Source: a virus | IMG/VR virus record: IMGVR_UViG_3300043409_002042 | Coordinates: 1-64,000 of that record | Direction: 5' to 3' (one strand) | DNA: 64,000 nucleotides | Shown here: positions 37,958 to 48,100 of the stretch, piece after piece | Layout of the letters: each line of letters begins with the position of its first letter | Position numbering within the stretch: position 1 is the first letter of the stretch | Made by a program: the position numbers and the translations under genes | The notes under the pieces: model-generated | What the model was told of the DNA's origin: nothing | Seen by the model: the letters and a program-made list of their open reading frames with translations, nothing else | Database searches by the model: none

Positions 37958-38875
37958 TTATGCGTCGCCCTCAAAGTCATCACCCAGCACTGCGCGTGCG
38001 TGGGCCAACTGCCAGTCTTCTTCGGGTGGCTTGGCTGGCGTCGGTGTGGTTGATCCCAGCGGGCTGTGAACCACGGTGATGGTCATGTGGCCGTCGGTTT
38101 CAACGGTGTTGAACCGGAAGGTTGTTCTGCGTCTCGTGGTGTCGAGGAAGTCCAAAATCTCGTCAGCCATCTCGGTGGTGGTCAGATTCACGGTCAGGCT
38201 GTCCCCTATTTTTCGAAGCTTGGTTATGTCGACGGGTGGAAGCTTCTTGTGTCCGGCCTGGGTGGACTCGATGCCGTCGCGGTAGCGAATGACGATCGCC
38301 TGGGTGCCTTTTTTGTGCACGCGCCAGACGCCCTCGCCCGTTAAATTCAGTCGTGAGGCAAGGCTTCGGAGGTAGTTCTCGCTGGTGCCCGGCTGCCCCA
38401 GCACGCCCTCGAGTTCAACGTTGATCTGTGACCCTGGGGCCATGGCGCGCATGCTGCCGGCCAGTGTCCCCGGCTCCATGGCCTCTGCTGGTGTCATTTG
38501 CTCTCGCGTGATCTCGGTGATTTGGCGCTCTTTGTTCCATGCGACCTTGTACTTGCCGATACTGGCCGCCTTGAGCTTGCTTGCCATGCTCTGCGCGTAA
38601 CTGAGGCCGCTGAGGCCTTTGTCCTGCTCGATGACGTCATCAATGTCCATGTCCATCATGCGCCTCTGGAGGCTGGCGTTCTTTCCCGTGTCGTAGCGTT
38701 TGATGGTGGTGGTGTAGTCGTTGGTGGGCTCAATCAGGAAGCGCCGCCCCGCCCTGGTGAGTGGCGCGGCAATGGCGCGCACGCCCATGAGGCTTGTTTT
38801 GTGCTCGTGGTGCGCAATCCTGACGCTCTGGCCCGGCTTGAGTGAGGTGATTATCACCTTGAGTTTGTCGCTCAT
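37958..38875 (-). CDS. Hypothetical protein of four tandem ~60-aa modules (putative DNA-binding)
   Basis: AAGG RBS, extended -10 TGaTAGAAT at 38913-38921; internal repeats visible. Confidence 0.6.
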   Translation of the reverse strand: MSDKLKVIITSLKPGQSVRIAHHEHKTSLMGVRAIAAPLTRAGRRFLIEPTNDYTTTIKRYDTGKNASLQRRMMDMDIDDVIEQDKGLSGLSYAQSMASKLKAASIGKYKVAWNKERQITEITREQMTPAEAMEPGTLAGSMRAMAPGSQINVELEGVLGQPGTSENYLRSLASRLNLTGEGVWRVHKKGTQAIVIRYRDGIESTQAGHKKLPPVDITKLRKIGDSLTVNLTTTEMADEILDFLDTTRRRTTFRFNTVETDGHMTITVVHSPLGSTTPTPAKPPEEDWQLAHARAVLGDDFEGDA

Positions 38876-38989
38876 ACAATACCTTCTTTCATTTTTGGTG
38901 TAATGCCGCGAGATTCTATCACATTGCTTCCTTTCTTTCCTTTTTTTCGCGCCTTGGCCTCAAAAAACCACGCTTGGACCGCGCTGCGG

Positions 38990-39310
38990 CGCGGTTCGGT
39001 TCCGGCGGTTTCCGGGTGGTTTCCCCCTGTTTGGTTCCGGTTTTTTCCTTATAGAAAAAAGGTTTTGTAAAAAAACGGAACCGAGAAACCTGGCGTCGAC
39101 TGACGGAAACCAAAAATTCATTATTATTCAAGTTATGTAATATATTGTTTGTTTTATTGTTTTTTCAAAAAAGCTCGATTCAAATTCTCGTTTTCGGTTC
39201 CCTCGGTTTCCTTCCTCTTATCTTATCTCTTATTTCCTTTATAGAATAAGATAAATAAATGGGGAACCGAAGGGCGGAACCGGGGTGGAACTTGCAGGAA
39301 CCGAGAATTT
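38990..39310. other. Putative replication origin (GGTTCC/GGAACC iteron-like repeats around AT-rich core)
   Basis: More than ten GGTT(T)CC / GGAA(A)CC copies in alternating orientation blocks; AT-rich 39110-39260; no credible ORF. Confidence 0.65.
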
Positions 39311-39326
39311 TTTACTCACTCCCCTT

Positions 39327-39342
39327 GTCGTGATGCTATGCA
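39327..39342 (+). promoter_or_regulatory. Late-box copy GTCGTGA-tgc-TATGCA
   Basis: Intergenic motif upstream of Zn-finger gene; hexamer imperfect. Confidence 0.55.
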
Positions 39343-39362
39343 GCCTGCAATAATCGCCACCC

Positions 39363-39896
39363 ATGAACCACCTCGTTGCTGCTGGCGTCGTCTACAAAAC
39401 ATCCGACCTCCTCCCAGGTCGGCAACTGTTCGATTGCTCCCGCCTCTCCGCCACCCTGCAGGTCACCTCCTGCGCCCAAATGTGGCAACAGGCCAACGGC
39501 CGCAAAAAGCCCCCGGACTCACTCCTGCGTTGCCACGGCTGCTCAATCGGTGCCCAGCACGCCGGTGAGCCACCCCCAGGCCAGCATTGGCTTTTCGGGT
39601 CCACCACCTGCAGCCGGTGCCATCGAACCGACCAACGCCTCATCGGCGCCGACGTCTGCGTCAGCTGCTACAACCGCCAGCGTGAGTGGATGCTCGGCAA
39701 AAACGGCAAAGGCCAGTTCCCGAGGCAGTACCGAGGCCTGCATCGCGTCAGGCTTGCGGTCCTGGTGGGCGGCTCGGTAAAGCTGCTGGAACGCCAAGCG
39801 TCAAACTCGAATGAGGTCGTCGTCGGCCTGCTTAGGGACTCCCGGCAGGCCGTTTGTTTTGGCTTTGGGAAAGGCGGGGTTTATGGGGGTGATTGA
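39363..39896 (+). CDS. Multi-Cys Zn-finger protein
   Basis: CHGCSIG, CSRCHR, CVSCYNR. Confidence 0.7.
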   Translation: MNHLVAAGVVYKTSDLLPGRQLFDCSRLSATLQVTSCAQMWQQANGRKKPPDSLLRCHGCSIGAQHAGEPPPGQHWLFGSTTCSRCHRTDQRLIGADVCVSCYNRQREWMLGKNGKGQFPRQYRGLHRVRLAVLVGGSVKLLERQASNSNEVVVGLLRDSRQAVCFGFGKGGVYGGD

Positions 39897-40326
39897 AAAA
39901 ACCTATGGGTTGGCCGAAGCCGATAGGTTTTGCAAATCGGGCAAAAGTGGTGATGGCATAGGAAAAACCAATCAAAACCACGTGTCCGATAGTCAAAACC
40001 TAAGACGGCCGCAAAAAATGCGCGCGCCCGATCCAGACGCAGCCTGGACGCTGGAGCCCCATGTGTGCGCGTCCTGCTTTGGCCGCCTGGTTTCGCAGCC
40101 CGCCACCTCTGATGGCATCGTGCGGTACCGGTGCACCAACTGCGAGGCTGAGGCGATAGGCAAAACCTCTGCTGTGCTTTGCGCGTGTGGGTCGGAGGTG
40201 CGCCGCCATGGCCCTAGTTCTGGTGCTGCTGACCTGGGTTTGCGTTGCCGTCCCAATCCGTCGCCATCACCCGAGTTCCCGTCCGCTTTTGTGGCTGTTT
40301 ACGTGCGCTGCAAAGATGACAACTGA
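39883..40326 (+). CDS. Zn-ribbon protein
   Basis: HVCASCFGR..YRCTNC..LCACG. Confidence 0.65.
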   Translation: MGVIEKTYGLAEADRFCKSGKSGDGIGKTNQNHVSDSQNLRRPQKMRAPDPDAAWTLEPHVCASCFGRLVSQPATSDGIVRYRCTNCEAEAIGKTSAVLCACGSEVRRHGPSSGAADLGLRCRPNPSPSPEFPSAFVAVYVRCKDDN

Positions 40327-40481
40327 TTCGTAGTCACTTTGTCTGCTTAAAAAATGTGTTTATTTTCATTGGCTTACGGTGTTCGACATGGTTTTAGGGC
40401 GCAAACAGGGCTTGATGCCTGTGTTTTTGCGCGACTTTGCTTTGCCACATCGTTGGTTGGTTTTGCGGTAACATGGCGATC

Positions 40482-41225
40482 ATGAATTCTTCGATGCCCG
40501 TTTCTTGGCCGCTCTTGCGCCGCTTTGCTCGGAACACTAGGGGCCGTGATCTGATCGTTGGCGACATCCATGGCTGCTTCACCAAGCTGCAAGCCGCTCT
40601 GTCGGCGGTGGGTTTTGATCCGGAGGATGGCGATCGCCTGTTCTCGGTCGGCGACTTGGTGGACCGAGGCCCCGATTCTGAGGTGGCGCTGGACTGGCTT
40701 GCCTCGCCTTGGTTCTTTGCCGTTCGAGGCAATCACGAGGACATGGCGGTTCGTTGGCCGAATGGGCGCATGGACGCGGCCAAATATGCCACGAACGGCG
40801 GAGCCTGGAACATCGGCAACCCACCGGCCCGGCGCTTGGAAATCGCCGACGCTTTCCGTTCGCTCCCCTTGGCGATTGAGATTGAAACGCCCGGTGGCCT
40901 TGTTGGCATTGTTCATGCCGACTGCCCCTTGGGGTCCTGGCCTGCTTTCAAAGCTGTTCTGGAAAATCCATCTGATTTTTCGGGGTCCCACGATGTCGTC
41001 AACTGCTGCATGTGGTCACGGGATCGGATTGCGCTTGATGACCGATCTGGTGTGTCTGGTGTCCGCGCTTTAGTGGTGGGTCACACGCCGCTTCCTGGCG
41101 TTCAAGTGTTGGGGAATGTCTTTCACATCGACACCGCCGGCTGGCATCCGTCGGGCGCGGGGTTTACGCTGCTTGACGCCGCCTCTCTGGAGTCTGTGAC
41201 TGTGCGTCTGGAGGCTGCAGCGTGA
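40482..41225 (+). CDS. Ser/Thr protein phosphatase (lambda NinI/PphA-like metallophosphoesterase)
   Basis: GDIHG, GDLVDRGP, RGNHE, VHA, VGHTP, IDTA. Confidence 0.92.
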   Translation: MNSSMPVSWPLLRRFARNTRGRDLIVGDIHGCFTKLQAALSAVGFDPEDGDRLFSVGDLVDRGPDSEVALDWLASPWFFAVRGNHEDMAVRWPNGRMDAAKYATNGGAWNIGNPPARRLEIADAFRSLPLAIEIETPGGLVGIVHADCPLGSWPAFKAVLENPSDFSGSHDVVNCCMWSRDRIALDDRSGVSGVRALVVGHTPLPGVQVLGNVFHIDTAGWHPSGAGFTLLDAASLESVTVRLEAAA

Positions 41226-41584
41226 CCTTCGCACTCGCTCTTGCCCGCCACACCTGGCTGCTGATGACGCTGCGACACTCTGGTTGGGGTTTGCCTAAGT
41301 CTTGGGTTCTTTGCCTTTTGATGGTTGCTGCGTCGTGCTGGGCAAACATCGCTTTTTTCCCTAAATTTGCCGCCCTGAATCCGGAGCATGTCGTCGTTTT
41401 TTTTGCCGTGATGCTTGCGGGTTATGGGCGTAGGACAACTTTCGTTTTCTCTTTGGTTTCTTTCGTTGCTGCCTTCGTGGCTGGCTTTTTGGGCCAGGAC
41501 CTTGACTTTATTGCCAATTTTTGGGGGTGGCTCGCTATGTTGGTTTTTGCCTTTCGTGTTTTGTTTAGCGAGGCCCCGTTGTGA
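41222..41584 (+). CDS. Membrane protein
   Basis: About four hydrophobic segments; GTGA coupling. Confidence 0.55.
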   Translation: MTFALALARHTWLLMTLRHSGWGLPKSWVLCLLMVAASCWANIAFFPKFAALNPEHVVVFFAVMLAGYGRRTTFVFSLVSFVAAFVAGFLGQDLDFIANFWGWLAMLVFAFRVLFSEAPL

Positions 41585-41883
41585 CCTGCCCCACCTGCCC
41601 CCGCCCCGACCGCCCTGGCTGCTCACCCGTCCAGCTGCTTGCTGGTGGTGTGGCGTGCTCTTGGTCGGCTGAGTGGGCGGCTGAATGCCGAGACCGTCAT
41701 GCCGAGGCGCTGCGCGTTCTGGCGCTGGCCGACCGTGAGGCGCGCCATGCTCGCCTTGCGTCGGTCGCTGCTGGCTACCCCGACCCTGGTGTCGGCGCCC
41801 TGGCCCGCGAGCGGCTGGAGGCTGAGGTCTTGCGCGTGTGGGAGGTTCGCCGTACCCGGCGCATGGAGGCGGCCAATGCTTGA
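41581..41883 (+). CDS. Hypothetical protein
   Basis: CSWSAEWAAEC..EALRVL; GTGA coupling. Confidence 0.55.
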   Translation: MTCPTCPRPDRPGCSPVQLLAGGVACSWSAEWAAECRDRHAEALRVLALADREARHARLASVAAGYPDPGVGALARERLEAEVLRVWEVRRTRRMEAANA

Positions 41884-42115
41884 CGCCTTGCTGTTTTTCC
41901 TTGCGGTGGCCTATTTGGTGGTTGGGTTTGGTCTGGCCTCGTTTGGTACGGTTGCCTTTTGTCGGTCCAGTAAATTTTACGGGTTCTTCGCTCGGGAGGT
42001 GCTGGCTGTTGGTGTCTTGGCTGCCGTTATACTGACCACTCTGGTGCTGGTTCTTGGCTTCGTGAGGCTGGCCTTGTTCTGGCCGCTTGATGTTGCCTGG
42101 GGGCTTCGTCGATGA
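41876..42115 (+). CDS. Small membrane protein
   Basis: GGAGG RBS; two TM segments. Confidence 0.55.
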   Translation: MLDALLFFLAVAYLVVGFGLASFGTVAFCRSSKFYGFFAREVLAVGVLAAVILTTLVLVLGFVRLALFWPLDVAWGLRR

Positions 42116-42468
42116 CCTCCTGCGTTTTCCCGGCTTTCCCCGTGCCGCTGCAGCTGCCCGGCGGCTATGGTTTGCGGTGCGAGGGGGTCGCCGCCATGGT
42201 TTTGATCGCTGGGTTGTATGCTGTGACGCTGTGGCTGGCGCTGCTGGCCTACTGCGTGATTTTGGGGGCTTCGGTGCTGCCGGTGCTGCTGCTGGCGCCC
42301 GTTTTGATTTCCGGCTTCGTGGCGTTGCTGCTGGGGCTGGACCTGCTTGTTTCCCTGCTTGGCGGCCTGCTTGGTCGGGCTGCTCGGTGGGTGTGGCGCT
42401 CCCTTGCAACCGTCCGATTGTGGCGCTGGGTGCGGCCTGGGGCTGGCCCTGAAAATCGGCCCCTGTAA
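42112..42468 (+). CDS. Membrane protein
   Basis: Long Leu-rich hydrophobic stretch; ATGA coupling. Confidence 0.5.
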   Translation: MTSCVFPAFPVPLQLPGGYGLRCEGVAAMVLIAGLYAVTLWLALLAYCVILGASVLPVLLLAPVLISGFVALLLGLDLLVSLLGGLLGRAARWVWRSLATVRLWRWVRPGAGPENRPL

Positions 42469-42490
42469 CCCTGACGCTGCGTGCGTCCTG

Positions 42491-42526
42491 AACCCCGGCC
42501 TCGCCACAGGTCGGGGTTTTGTTTTT
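42491..42526 (+). terminator. Intrinsic terminator
   Basis: AACCCCGGCC-loop-GGTCGGGGTT then TTGTTTTT. Confidence 0.75.
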
Positions 42527-42549
42527 GTGCTGCCCGGGGTCGCTTATTG

Positions 42550-42565
42550 GTCGTGATGGCATGCT
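42550..42565 (+). promoter_or_regulatory. Late-promoter box GTCGTGA-tgg-CATGCT, 7 nt before ATG 42573
   Basis: Recurrent motif immediately after a terminator. Confidence 0.75.
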
Positions 42566-42572
42566 TCGCGCC

Positions 42573-43253
42573 ATGACTACCTCAAACAAACCAATCGAAG
42601 CCCCGGATGGCGGCCTGCCGACCCCGGATCGTGAGCGGGCGATGGTCCCGTGGGACAAGCGCCTGGGTGGCACTGGCGAGCCGCCTGATGAGATTCGGGC
42701 TTCAGCCCGCGCGATGTGGGAGGGCGTGCCGAATTCCTCTGTGGCGTCGGTGTCGGATGAACTCAAGGTGCCAGCGGCGCAGATTCGGGCGTGGAAAAAC
42801 CAGGGCGGCTGGGTGAAGACCCACCTTCGCATGCCCGGAATGTCGCAGCGCGCGCATGAGGCTGCGGACCGCTACACCGAGCAGGTGGCCGAGGCTGTTG
42901 GTGCTGAGCCTGGCGCGAAGGTGCGCGATGCGGATGTGCCGCCTGCGCTGGCGGATAGCGTTGCTCGGTCGGTGTCCGACGACCTGGCGCTTGATGTTCG
43001 CGGCCAGCTGCTGAACCGTCACCGTCAGGAGTGGGGTGTGCCGCGCAAGCTGGCCTATGAGGCCGTGAAGTCTGCGGGCACTCCAGGTTTCGACCCGGTG
43101 GCGGCGTTTGAAAAGGCCAAGCTTGCGAAGATCACCGCCGAAACGCTGACCCTGGTCCAGGGCGGCGAGCGCAAGGCTTATGGGCTCAAGGACGGCGATC
43201 TGGACACCACTGCCGTGCTGATCGACCGCGGCGGCGATGGTGGTGGCGAATGA
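42573..43253 (+). CDS. Putative terminase small subunit
   Basis: N-terminal HTH (SVASVSDELKVPAAQIRAWKNQGGW), helical core, GERKAYGL; first gene of packaging block. Confidence 0.6.
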   Translation: MTTSNKPIEAPDGGLPTPDRERAMVPWDKRLGGTGEPPDEIRASARAMWEGVPNSSVASVSDELKVPAAQIRAWKNQGGWVKTHLRMPGMSQRAHEAADRYTEQVAEAVGAEPGAKVRDADVPPALADSVARSVSDDLALDVRGQLLNRHRQEWGVPRKLAYEAVKSAGTPGFDPVAAFEKAKLAKITAETLTLVQGGERKAYGLKDGDLDTTAVLIDRGGDGGGE

Positions 43254-44755
43254 GCAGCGCGGTTGCGCCGGGGCTGGAGCTGCGCCCGGCTGCTGAGCTG
43301 ATCCCGTATGCGCGGAACTCGAACACGCACCCGCAGTCGCAGCTTGAGAAGCTGAAGGCTTCGCTGCGCGAGTTTGGCTGGACCAACCCGGTTTTGATTG
43401 ATGAGCGCGGCGGCGTGGTGGCTGGGCACGGTCGCCTGCTGGCCTATGGGCAGATGCTCGAGGCCGGTGAGACTGTGCGGTTCCCGAGTGGGGCGGCGAT
43501 CCCGGCTGGCCGTGTGCCGGTGCTGTCGTGCTCGGGGTGGTCGGAGGCGCAGAAGCGGGCCTATGTGATTGCCGACAACAGAATTGCGTCGGATTCTTCG
43601 CTGGATGAGGAGGTGTTGGCGCTGGAGCTGGCGGACCTGAAGGCGCTGGGTTTTGACCTGTCGCTGACCGGTTTGGATGCTGTCGAGCTGGGCGACTTGC
43701 TGGGCGGAGGCGATGACGAGAATGGCGGCGGCGGGCATGGTGATCCGGATTTAGTGCCGGATGTGCCGGAGGTCCCGGTGTCGCGGCGCGGCGACGTGTG
43801 GATTGTTGGTGGTCACCGCGTGATGTGCGGCTCGTCGCTGGAGCCCAATGATTGGGATGTGCTGATGGCGGGCGAGTCCGCCGACTGCGTGTTCACGGAT
43901 CCGCCATACAACGTGGCGATCGGCGAGAAGAACGATGCCATGGCGAAGGCGCAGGGGCGTGGAAAGAGCAAAACCGGCGGCATCTTGAACGACTCGATGG
44001 GCGATGGCGAGTTCTACAAGTTCTTGCTGTCGATGTACCGCTGCGTTCTGGAGGTCATGAAGCCCGGGGCGTCGATCTACGTGTACCACGCTGACAGCGA
44101 GGGGATCAATTTCCGGACGGCTTTCCGTGATGCGGGGTTCAAGCTGCAGAGCTGCCTGACCTGGAAGAAGAACACGTTTGTGCTGTCGCGCTGGGACCAC
44201 CACCCGATTTCTGAGCCGTGCCTGTACGGCTGGAAGCCTGGGGCTGGCCACAAGTGGTACGGTGGCCGCAAGCAGAGCACGTTTGTGGACCTGGGGGATG
44301 GCAGTCCGTTTCACAAGCAGGATGACGGCACGTGGGCGGTGACCTGGGGGGATCAGGTGTTCGTGGTGTCGGGTGATGCGCGCGTGGAGGTTTTGGCGTC
44401 GTCGATGATTTCTGAGCCCAAGCCTGCGCGCTCGGACCTGCACCCGACGATGAAGCCGGTGATGCTGGTGCGTCGGCACCTGCGAAACTCGGCGCAGCCT
44501 GGTGATCTGGTGGTGGATGCCTTTGGCGGCTCGGGTACGACGATGCTGGCTGCTCACGAGGAGCGGATGTTGTCGCGGCTGATGGAGCTGGATCCGAAGT
44601 ATGTCGATGTGATCTGCCGCCGGATGTGGGCGTTCTCGGGTCTGCGCCCGGTGCATGCCGTGACTGGGGAGCCGTTCCCTGGCGAGGGTGAGTTTCGGTC
44701 TGCTGACCTGGTGGTGGGCCCTTCGGATGCTGCCGATGATGGGGGGCCGTTCTGA
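43250..44755 (+). CDS. ParB-like domain + N6A/N4C DNA methyltransferase
   Basis: LIPYARNS..EFGWTNPVLID..AGHGR; FTDPPYN; HPTMKP; VVDAFGGSGTT. Confidence 0.92.
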   Translation: MSSAVAPGLELRPAAELIPYARNSNTHPQSQLEKLKASLREFGWTNPVLIDERGGVVAGHGRLLAYGQMLEAGETVRFPSGAAIPAGRVPVLSCSGWSEAQKRAYVIADNRIASDSSLDEEVLALELADLKALGFDLSLTGLDAVELGDLLGGGDDENGGGGHGDPDLVPDVPEVPVSRRGDVWIVGGHRVMCGSSLEPNDWDVLMAGESADCVFTDPPYNVAIGEKNDAMAKAQGRGKSKTGGILNDSMGDGEFYKFLLSMYRCVLEVMKPGASIYVYHADSEGINFRTAFRDAGFKLQSCLTWKKNTFVLSRWDHHPISEPCLYGWKPGAGHKWYGGRKQSTFVDLGDGSPFHKQDDGTWAVTWGDQVFVVSGDARVEVLASSMISEPKPARSDLHPTMKPVMLVRRHLRNSAQPGDLVVDAFGGSGTTMLAAHEERMLSRLMELDPKYVDVICRRMWAFSGLRPVHAVTGEPFPGEGEFRSADLVVGPSDAADDGGPF

Positions 44756-45102
44756 TGGCGGCCGCCGAGGATGCTGGTGGTGGTGCGCCGACGCCGGCGG
44801 ACGTGGAGCGCCAGAAGCGGCAGGAGAGGCGCAACCGTCGGTTTGGTGTGGTGCTGGTGCAGATTGAGGGTTTTCCGTTGGTGGACCCTGGGCGGCGGCT
44901 GGTGTTTGACGTGAGGTCGTCGGAGTCGCGGGCGCGCAAGATGGTGGCGCGGATGGCGGTGCGGATGCCGGAGCACCGGTGGTCGCACGAGATGATGAAG
45001 TCGGAGGACATCAAGCGGCTGAGGCGTGCGCCGTTCATTTCGCCGGAGGCTGGGATGCGGGTTTCGCTGCACGACGCGAGGTCGGTGTCTGTGGGGTCGT
45101 GA
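44755..45102 (+). CDS. Basic hypothetical protein
   Basis: TGATG coupling; ends in the late box. Confidence 0.55.
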   Translation: MAAAEDAGGGAPTPADVERQKRQERRNRRFGVVLVQIEGFPLVDPGRRLVFDVRSSESRARKMVARMAVRMPEHRWSHEMMKSEDIKRLRRAPFISPEAGMRVSLHDARSVSVGS

Positions 45103-45111
45103 CCTAACAAT
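45096..45111 (+). promoter_or_regulatory. Late-promoter box GTCGTGA-cct-AACAAT, 6 nt before ATG 45118
   Basis: Recurrent motif; no Shine-Dalgarno. Confidence 0.75.
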
Positions 45112-45117
45112 CGGTTT

Positions 45118-48100
45118 ATGAACGCACCTGTCCCCCCTCGTTTGGTTTTATTTTTGAAGGCGCTGCCTGGCGCGAAGATTGCGCACCAGTCTGGGTACGC
45201 GCTTTACGGCGGCCGGTGGCACAAGATCACGCCGGACAAGCCTGCGCCGAAGGGTGCGCCGGTGGCTGCGCATCCGGAGGCTGGTGGTGTGCATGCTGGG
45301 GCGAAGCACTTCACGGATGAGCAGTGGGCTCAGTTGAAGCTGCCGCCTGAGAATGTGAATGCTGGAAGCCACAATGCGGCGGTCGACAAGCTCAAGCAGA
45401 TGAGCGAGGCCGGGCACGTCACGGGGATTCTTGGCGCTGGTTACGGCGTCAACACCTATGGCAAAAAGCAAGCGATCATTGCCAACCAGTTGCTCAAGCT
45501 GCACGGAAGCCAGCACCAGGTGGTGTCTGGGCAGAAGGCTGGTGAGCATGCGGCGGTCCAGGGCACGGCAGGCGCCGCGCTGGCCCACAAGGATGCGGTG
45601 CTGCAGGAGGCGATCGACCACCTGAAGGCCGACGAGAAGCAGTCTGGCATGCCTGCTGGCGAGAAGGCGGAGGACGCTGCGCTGGTGTCCAAGCTGGAGT
45701 CAGCGGTGGCGGTGCAGCCGGTGGTGACGTCCGTCGCGGATCAGGTGATGGCTGCTGGCCTTAAGGTGTACACCGCAGCAAACGGTGACGTCTACGTTGG
45801 TTCGGCTTTCAGTGACAACCCGAAGATTTTCACGGATGCGCAGAAGGCGGATGCCGTGATTGCAAAGCTAAAGGATGCGGGGCTTGTTGGCCTTAAGTCT
45901 GGTGCTTTTGTCAAGGTTCAGGCGGCGGCAAAGGCTGCTGAGCCAGCGCAGCCTGCAAAGGACGCCCCTAAGGTTTCGTCTTCAAAAGACTTTTCTGTTG
46001 GTGGTGTGAATTTTGTTGCCGTAAAGAAGCAAAGTCCGAACGGCGAATACTGGATTCCGTCCGTCAAGGAAACCGGTCAGGAAATACCGCACCAGCATTA
46101 CGGCTCTATAAAAGGCATGTGGAGCGATTTATCGCAAGTCGCAAAGATAAAAGGCGACAAGTTCGCTCAGAGTGTGGGGGTTCAGCAGCCGGTGGGTGCT
46201 GCCCCTGGCACGCTGACCGCCGACCAGCTGGGCAAGCTGCAGAGCATCCCCTGGTTCAAGTTGAAGCTACCGGACTCGAACACGAACGCCAAGAGCCACA
46301 ATGCGGCGTTGGCGAAGATTGAGGCCATGGCGTTTGCTGGTGATGTTGCTGGGTTGCAGGCGTTTGTGGCTGCGAAGGCTGGGTCCAAGCAGACGTATGC
46401 GAAGAAGCAGGCTTTGACGGCGCAGACGGCGCTGGCTGCGCTGGAAGTTTCTGATGGTGGACAGACCGGCGGTGCTGGTACCCCTCCGGCTGCTGGCACG
46501 TATGAGCACAATGGTTCAACAAAGCCGATCGGCCTCAAGGATGATGCGTCTGGCACGCTTTCGTCGGCTGCGACTGGTTGGTTGCATGGGTACCAGTGGG
46601 GCGTTGATGCGCCTGATGGTAATGTGAAAAACCCGCTGCCTTCGGATGCGGTCCTGGTGGAGTTGGGGACTTACGTTGGCAAGTCTCCCGTGAAGTTGTA
46701 CCGGGCAGTTTCTCTTGATTCAAACGATGACGGCAAGCTGATTGAGTCTTGGTCGCGTTTTGAGAAGTATGCCAGCGACCTTGTTCAGTCGGGCGCTGAG
46801 CTTGGTCAAAAAATGAAGGTTATATCAAAGGTTTTTGATCCTTCGGACATCGTTGTTGACACGACCAAACTGCCCAAGAAGTTTCATGATGCGAACGATT
46901 CCGGGACTCAGGCGGAGGTGGTCGTCGCTCTTGGTGCGTTCAAGGCGCATATGGCCTCTGTTCGTGGCGGTGGTGTGGCGGCTGCGGTGCCCGCCCCGCC
47001 GGGCCTTCCTGCTGGTTGGGGTGGCGCGATCAATGGCGTGGCGACCAAGCCGGGGCCCGGTGGTGGGATTGTCGACAAGAACGCGGCTGGCCTTGGTTGG
47101 TTTGCGATTGCGCACGATGAGGGCAAGGCGGCGGCGCTGAAAGGAAAGTTTTTCCCGACGCAGCAGGCTGCGATTGATGCGCTGGAGGGGGCGGTGCCTG
47201 TCCCTGTGGCTCCCGCGCCGAAGCCCACCCGGACCACCTCACAAGTGTTCCACAACACCACCAAGGGCCACAGCAAGTCGTGGTCGGTGTCGGTCAGTGG
47301 CTCCAAGTTGAAGACCGAGTACGGCAAGATCGGCGGCACGCAGCAGTCGACGGTGAAGGATTTGGGGACGCCGGATGCCGCCAAGGCGGCGATGGCGACG
47401 CTGATCAAGCAGAAGACCTCGAGTGGGTATGTTTCGAAGGGGGCGGGTGTGCACGTCCACGGCGCCGCCGCTGCGGCTGAAACCGGCCCGAAGGATGGCG
47501 ACACCAAGCAGGGCGCGGACGGCACGCTGGTGTTCAAGGATGGTCACTGGCACAAGCAGGGGAAGTTTGAGCTACCGAAGTTGACTGATTTGTTGGCGGC
47601 TGAGGAGGCCGCCGGTGGTGCGTGGGATTATGAGCCCAGCGACCCGGCTTTTAATGGTCATCCGACTCTGATGATGCACGCGCCTGGTGGCAGCACAGTC
47701 TACATTGCCAAGACCGATGATGGGTACCAGGTTGGTGAGTTTGACGCCGACGTCAACCCGGTGGGCCTGAACGACTTTGGCAGCCTGCCAGACGCCGTGG
47801 CGCACCTCAAGTCTGGCGCCCATGGCGGCGCTGTGCCGCCCGATTCCGAGCTTGCTAAGTTTGGGGATGCTGGGTGGACGCCTGGTTCGGTCCCCACAGG
47901 CTGGGATGCCATACAGCCTCCTGATTTCAGCGACGACAAGACCAAATGGGGCAAGGTTTACAGCGATGCCGCAGTCAGTTTGCTTGCCCACATGAAAGCT
48001 GGTGGCAGCTTGTCGGAGTACGTGACGGCGCACAAAACGGGGGCTAAGGCGGGCGGGTTCACGGTCAAGATCAACGGTTTCAAACTTGTGATGACGCCAA

